64,000 bases of DNA, from the NCBI GenBank assembly GCA_964578585.1, contig CAZODM010000001.1:13683-77682 (forward strand). Reading direction: 5' to 3'. The position numbers were made by a program, and so were the translations under genes. How positions within the stretch are numbered: the stretch's first letter is position 1; each line of letters starts with the position of its first letter. Source of the stretch: an uncultured Desulfobacterales bacterium. Lineage in GTDB: Bacteria; Desulfobacterota; Dissulfuribacteria; Dissulfuribacterales; JAMONC01. Shown here piece by piece: positions 61,128 through 64,000 of this stretch. The notes below the pieces were generated by a model. It was not told the origin of the DNA. It did no database searches and was given only the letters and a program-made list of their open reading frames with translations.

Positions 61128-63620
61128 TTAACTTAGGCTAGAAATATCTTTAGGACTTTTCTTTTTTATGCATAGCCTTCCAATAATAATACCTAGTTCT
61201 TCTACATTATATGGTTTAGTAACAACTCCTTTAAATCCATATTCCTGGTAATTAGCCATAACAGGATCTGTTGCATATCCACTTGAAACAATAGCTGTGG
61301 CATCAGGATCGAACTCTAATAAATGTTTTATAGCCTCCTTTCCCCCCATTCCACCAGGAATAGTTAAATCCATAATAACAATATCAAAAGACTTGCCCTT
61401 GGCTTTAAATTCCTTATATATTCTTAGCATCTCTTTTCCATCATTTACACAATAAACTTTATAGCCTAAATAAGTTAGTATTTGTGTACCTGTTTGATGT
61501 ATAAGCTTATCATCATCCATAATAAGAATTCTTCCACCTGGTCTCGGAATATTCTCAAAACTAGATTCAACCTCTAATGTTTTGTTATCTATAGCAGGTA
61601 AATAAATACTAAATGTAGTGCCTATACCGACTTTTGAATCTACAGTAATGTGCCCTCCGTGCTTTTTGATAATAGAAAAACATATCGTTAAGCCTAATCC
61701 ACTTCCTCTATCTTTTGTTGTAAAATAAGGATCAAATATATTATTGATATATTTTTCAGGAATACCAATGCCATGGTCCTTAATATTAATTTTTATATAT
61801 TTACCATTAGCTATTGGTAAAGAATCTTCTTTGGATTTAGTATAGTTTTGGCAACTAATCTCTAACACACCACCATTAGGCATTGCTTGCCGAGCATTTA
61901 TAGTTAAGTTTTGAAGGACTTGATATAGTTGTCCCTTATCCACTTGAACCAACCATAGGGCTTTATCAAAAGTAAATTTATGTTTTATATTGCTACCAGA
62001 TAAAGATAGACTTACAGCATCTTCTATAAGTTTTTTAATATCAGTGGTAGTCTTTATTGGCGCACCACCTTTTGAAAATATAAGAAGTTGCTTAGTTAGA
62101 TCTCTAGTACGAGCAGCTGCAGCCTCTGCAACAGTTAGCTTTTTATAAGCTTCATGTTCTGGATCTAGTAAAAGCTTTGCAAGGCTAATATTGCCAATAA
62201 GTCCTGTAAGAAGGTTATTAAAATCATGGGCTATTCCTCCAGCTAAGATACCTAGTGATTCTATACGCCTAATCTTTTCTGATTCTTGTTGAATCTTTTG
62301 TTTTTCAGTTATATCCCTTGCAACAACAGTTGTACCTAAAACTTCTCCTGAAGTATTAAAAAATGGAGCAGCAACTATATCAAAGATTTTATTTTGTCCT
62401 TTTTTATCTTTGATTTCTACTTCAAAATTTATATTTTCTTTATTATCAGGATTATTTTTTAGTTTAGCTGAAAGCTGTTTTAATAAAGGATTTCTTATTG
62501 ACAGTTCTTCATCCGTTTTCCCTAAGATATCATTTTCAGAAAGTCCTATAAAAGATTCAAATGCATAATTACAAAGTATATATCTACCATATTTATCCTT
62601 TGCAAATATTATATCTGGCACGGAACTAATAAGCCCTTTTATTAAAGCATTTGCTTCTCTAAGTTCAGCAGTCCTTTTATTAACAAGTCTTTTAATCTCC
62701 TCATTTCTTCTTTTATTTTCACGTTCATAACATATAAACCAACAAAGCAATACTACGCCCACAACTGTAATAGCAGAAAAGATAGCAAAATAAGCAAACC
62801 TCGCAGCAGATCTTCCTGTCTCAAGTATAGTAACAGGAATTTTAGCTTTTATTAAAAGTCCAGTATTTTCTAAACCTCTAAAATAACCATATGCATATAA
62901 GAAATCTTTATTGGGTAGGAATTTTATAAAGAAATTTCTTGTCTTAACTTCATTGATAATTTTGTATACTTTTCCCTTCATATTTTTGGGCATATAGGGA
63001 AAAATGATAAAAGCTATTCTCGTTTGATGCCTTAATTTTTCCAAAATTGATTTAGTCAAAAATCTTCCCATTACAATTATGCCATCTGGCGGTCCCTGTC
63101 CAGATGATTTAATTATAGGAAGACTTGCAATCATAAGAGGACCATATTTAGTAACAATTAACCCTTTTAAGCCATACTTTTTCGATTTTGGTTTCATTAA
63201 AAAATGAGTAGAAGGAAGCTTATTAGAGGGAAAACTTTTAAGATTAAGAAGTCTATTGTGTATGGGATCATAAATTTTACCCCAAACAACTGTACCATCT
63301 AGTTTACATATATAAACTAGATTTAACTTTGTACTTTCCCAAAGCTCATTTGGTATAAGATTGGATTTTATATATGCCTTGTTGCGATCTTGTACAAATT
63401 TATATGTATCATCCCACTGGGCCCAATCTGAATCTATTTGTGCTAAGTGATGAATTTCTTGAGATAATGCATCTTCCACCCTTAATATATCACTTTTTGC
63501 TTCACGTCTTTCTAAACTTACAAAACTAGGCATTATAAGATAGCGTTGGAATAGATAATTACCTACTCCATAAACCACTACAAGAAATACTAATATACCA
63601 ACAATCTTATTATTGGACAT
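61128..63620 (-). CDS. hybrid sensor histidine kinase with CHASE4-like periplasmic domain (CHASE4-TM-PAS-HisKA-HATPase-REC)
   Basis: DSDWAQWDDTYKFV CHASE4 motif, H-box GIAHDFNNLL, GSGLGLT, and a C-terminal receiver (ILIMDDD...DLTIPGGMGG). Confidence 0.85.
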   Translation of the reverse strand: MSNNKIVGILVFLVVVYGVGNYLFQRYLIMPSFVSLERREAKSDILRVEDALSQEIHHLAQIDSDWAQWDDTYKFVQDRNKAYIKSNLIPNELWESTKLNLVYICKLDGTVVWGKIYDPIHNRLLNLKSFPSNKLPSTHFLMKPKSKKYGLKGLIVTKYGPLMIASLPIIKSSGQGPPDGIIVMGRFLTKSILEKLRHQTRIAFIIFPYMPKNMKGKVYKIINEVKTRNFFIKFLPNKDFLYAYGYFRGLENTGLLIKAKIPVTILETGRSAARFAYFAIFSAITVVGVVLLCWFICYERENKRRNEEIKRLVNKRTAELREANALIKGLISSVPDIIFAKDKYGRYILCNYAFESFIGLSENDILGKTDEELSIRNPLLKQLSAKLKNNPDNKENINFEVEIKDKKGQNKIFDIVAAPFFNTSGEVLGTTVVARDITEKQKIQQESEKIRRIESLGILAGGIAHDFNNLLTGLIGNISLAKLLLDPEHEAYKKLTVAEAAAARTRDLTKQLLIFSKGGAPIKTTTDIKKLIEDAVSLSLSGSNIKHKFTFDKALWLVQVDKGQLYQVLQNLTINARQAMPNGGVLEISCQNYTKSKEDSLPIANGKYIKINIKDHGIGIPEKYINNIFDPYFTTKDRGSGLGLTICFSIIKKHGGHITVDSKVGIGTTFSIYLPAIDNKTLEVESSFENIPRPGGRILIMDDDKLIHQTGTQILTYLGYKVYCVNDGKEMLRIYKEFKAKGKSFDIVIMDLTIPGGMGGKEAIKHLLEFDPDATAIVSSGYATDPVMANYQEYGFKGVVTKPYNVEELGIIIGRLCIKKKSPKDISSLS

Positions 63621-63709
63621 CTAGATATCTTTTGTGGTTATTTTAAAATTTTTTAACCTAAAATAACACTATCAGAAAGTAACATAAAAAATAAATATAG
63701 TTACACTTA

Positions 63710-63725
63710 TGCAAAAAGTACACCT
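63710..63725 (-). promoter_or_regulatory. possible sigma-54-type promoter upstream of the hybrid kinase
   Basis: The minus strand reads AGGTGTACTTTTTGCA, with GG-N10-GC spacing and TTGCA at -12. It lies about 90 nt upstream of the ATG. Confidence 0.35.
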
Positions 63726-63743
63726 AAAAATATTACTATAATT

Positions 63744-64000
63744 TTAGATATGCCTTGCTTCATATGATAAGCCCATTTTGTTATTAGAAATGAGATTAGA
63801 GGAATTGTCTGAATGAGAGAAGTCTGTTTTACACCATAACAAAATTTTATCTGCAAACTTATCGATAGATTTCGCAATATTAGAATCTGGTGCCAAACGA
63901 ATAACAGGTACCTGCTCCTTAATTGCTTTAGACATAATCTTATCTTTTGGAACAAGCCCTAAAAACTCCAATCTTATTCTAAGAAATCTCTCACATACCT
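63744..64000 (-). CDS. MinD/ParA/FlhG-family ATPase, C-terminal fragment (continues beyond the window end)
   Basis: The frame stays open to position 64000. LGLVPKDKIMSKAIKEQVPVIRLAPDSNIAKSIDKFADKI matches the C-terminal region of MinD-like ATPases. Confidence 0.6.
   Translation of the reverse strand, partial: VCERFLRIRLEFLGLVPKDKIMSKAIKEQVPVIRLAPDSNIAKSIDKFADKILLWCKTDFSHSDNSSNLISNNKMGLSYEARHI

Noticed and set aside
63707-63955. An 82-aa minus-strand ORF overlapping the MinD-like fragment.
   Set aside because: The alternative frame (63744-64000) carries recognisable MinD/ParA C-terminal sequence and stays open to the window edge. The 82-aa frame has no motif.

Overview
This is 64 kb of low-GC chromosome (mid-30s % GC by eye) from a diderm bacterium, probably an anaerobe. 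Supporting genes include TolQRAB/CpoB, LpxC, BamD, TatBC, a TolC-RND pump, the futalosine menaquinone genes mqnB/mqnD, sigma-54 components, a GH57 glycogen enzyme and a mini sulfite-reductase-like protein. I call about 62 tightly packed protein genes, most of them housekeeping: amtB-glnK, rpoZ, dnaJ, moaC, adk, gltX, trxA, fusA, lpxC, mdh, alr, hemA, hisS and aspS. I saw no rRNA, tRNA, CRISPR array or intact mobile element. The only decayed gene is a short PF09820-type ATPase remnant at about 54.8-55.3 kb. No known defence or mobile system is recognisable, and I cannot name a clearly novel system with confidence. The best candidates for undescribed biology are listed here. (1) 55.4-61.1 kb holds a compact minus-strand operon: RHH protein, exported DUF1573 protein, His-rich membrane protein, PAS histidine kinase, sigma-54 activator, and a translationally coupled KamA-family radical SAM enzyme. 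(2) 25.8-29.6 kb holds a stand-alone EF-G gene followed by a single-domain KaiC/RecA-like ATPase and an orphan DppD-like ABC ATPase. (3) 51.1-53.0 kb encodes a homocitrate/Re-citrate-synthase-family enzyme fused to a C-terminal Cache/PDC-like domain. The next gene, a radical SAM protein, appears to need a non-canonical start codon. (4) An MCP carries a Cys-rich two-CW-type module where a HAMP linker is expected. (5) A 221-aa protein has a siroheme-type Cys motif plus a ferredoxin insert. Several inverted repeats and promoter-like motifs (sigma-54, sigma-28, and a leaderless tetR) are also listed. All functional calls rest on motif recognition by eye, since no searches could be run.
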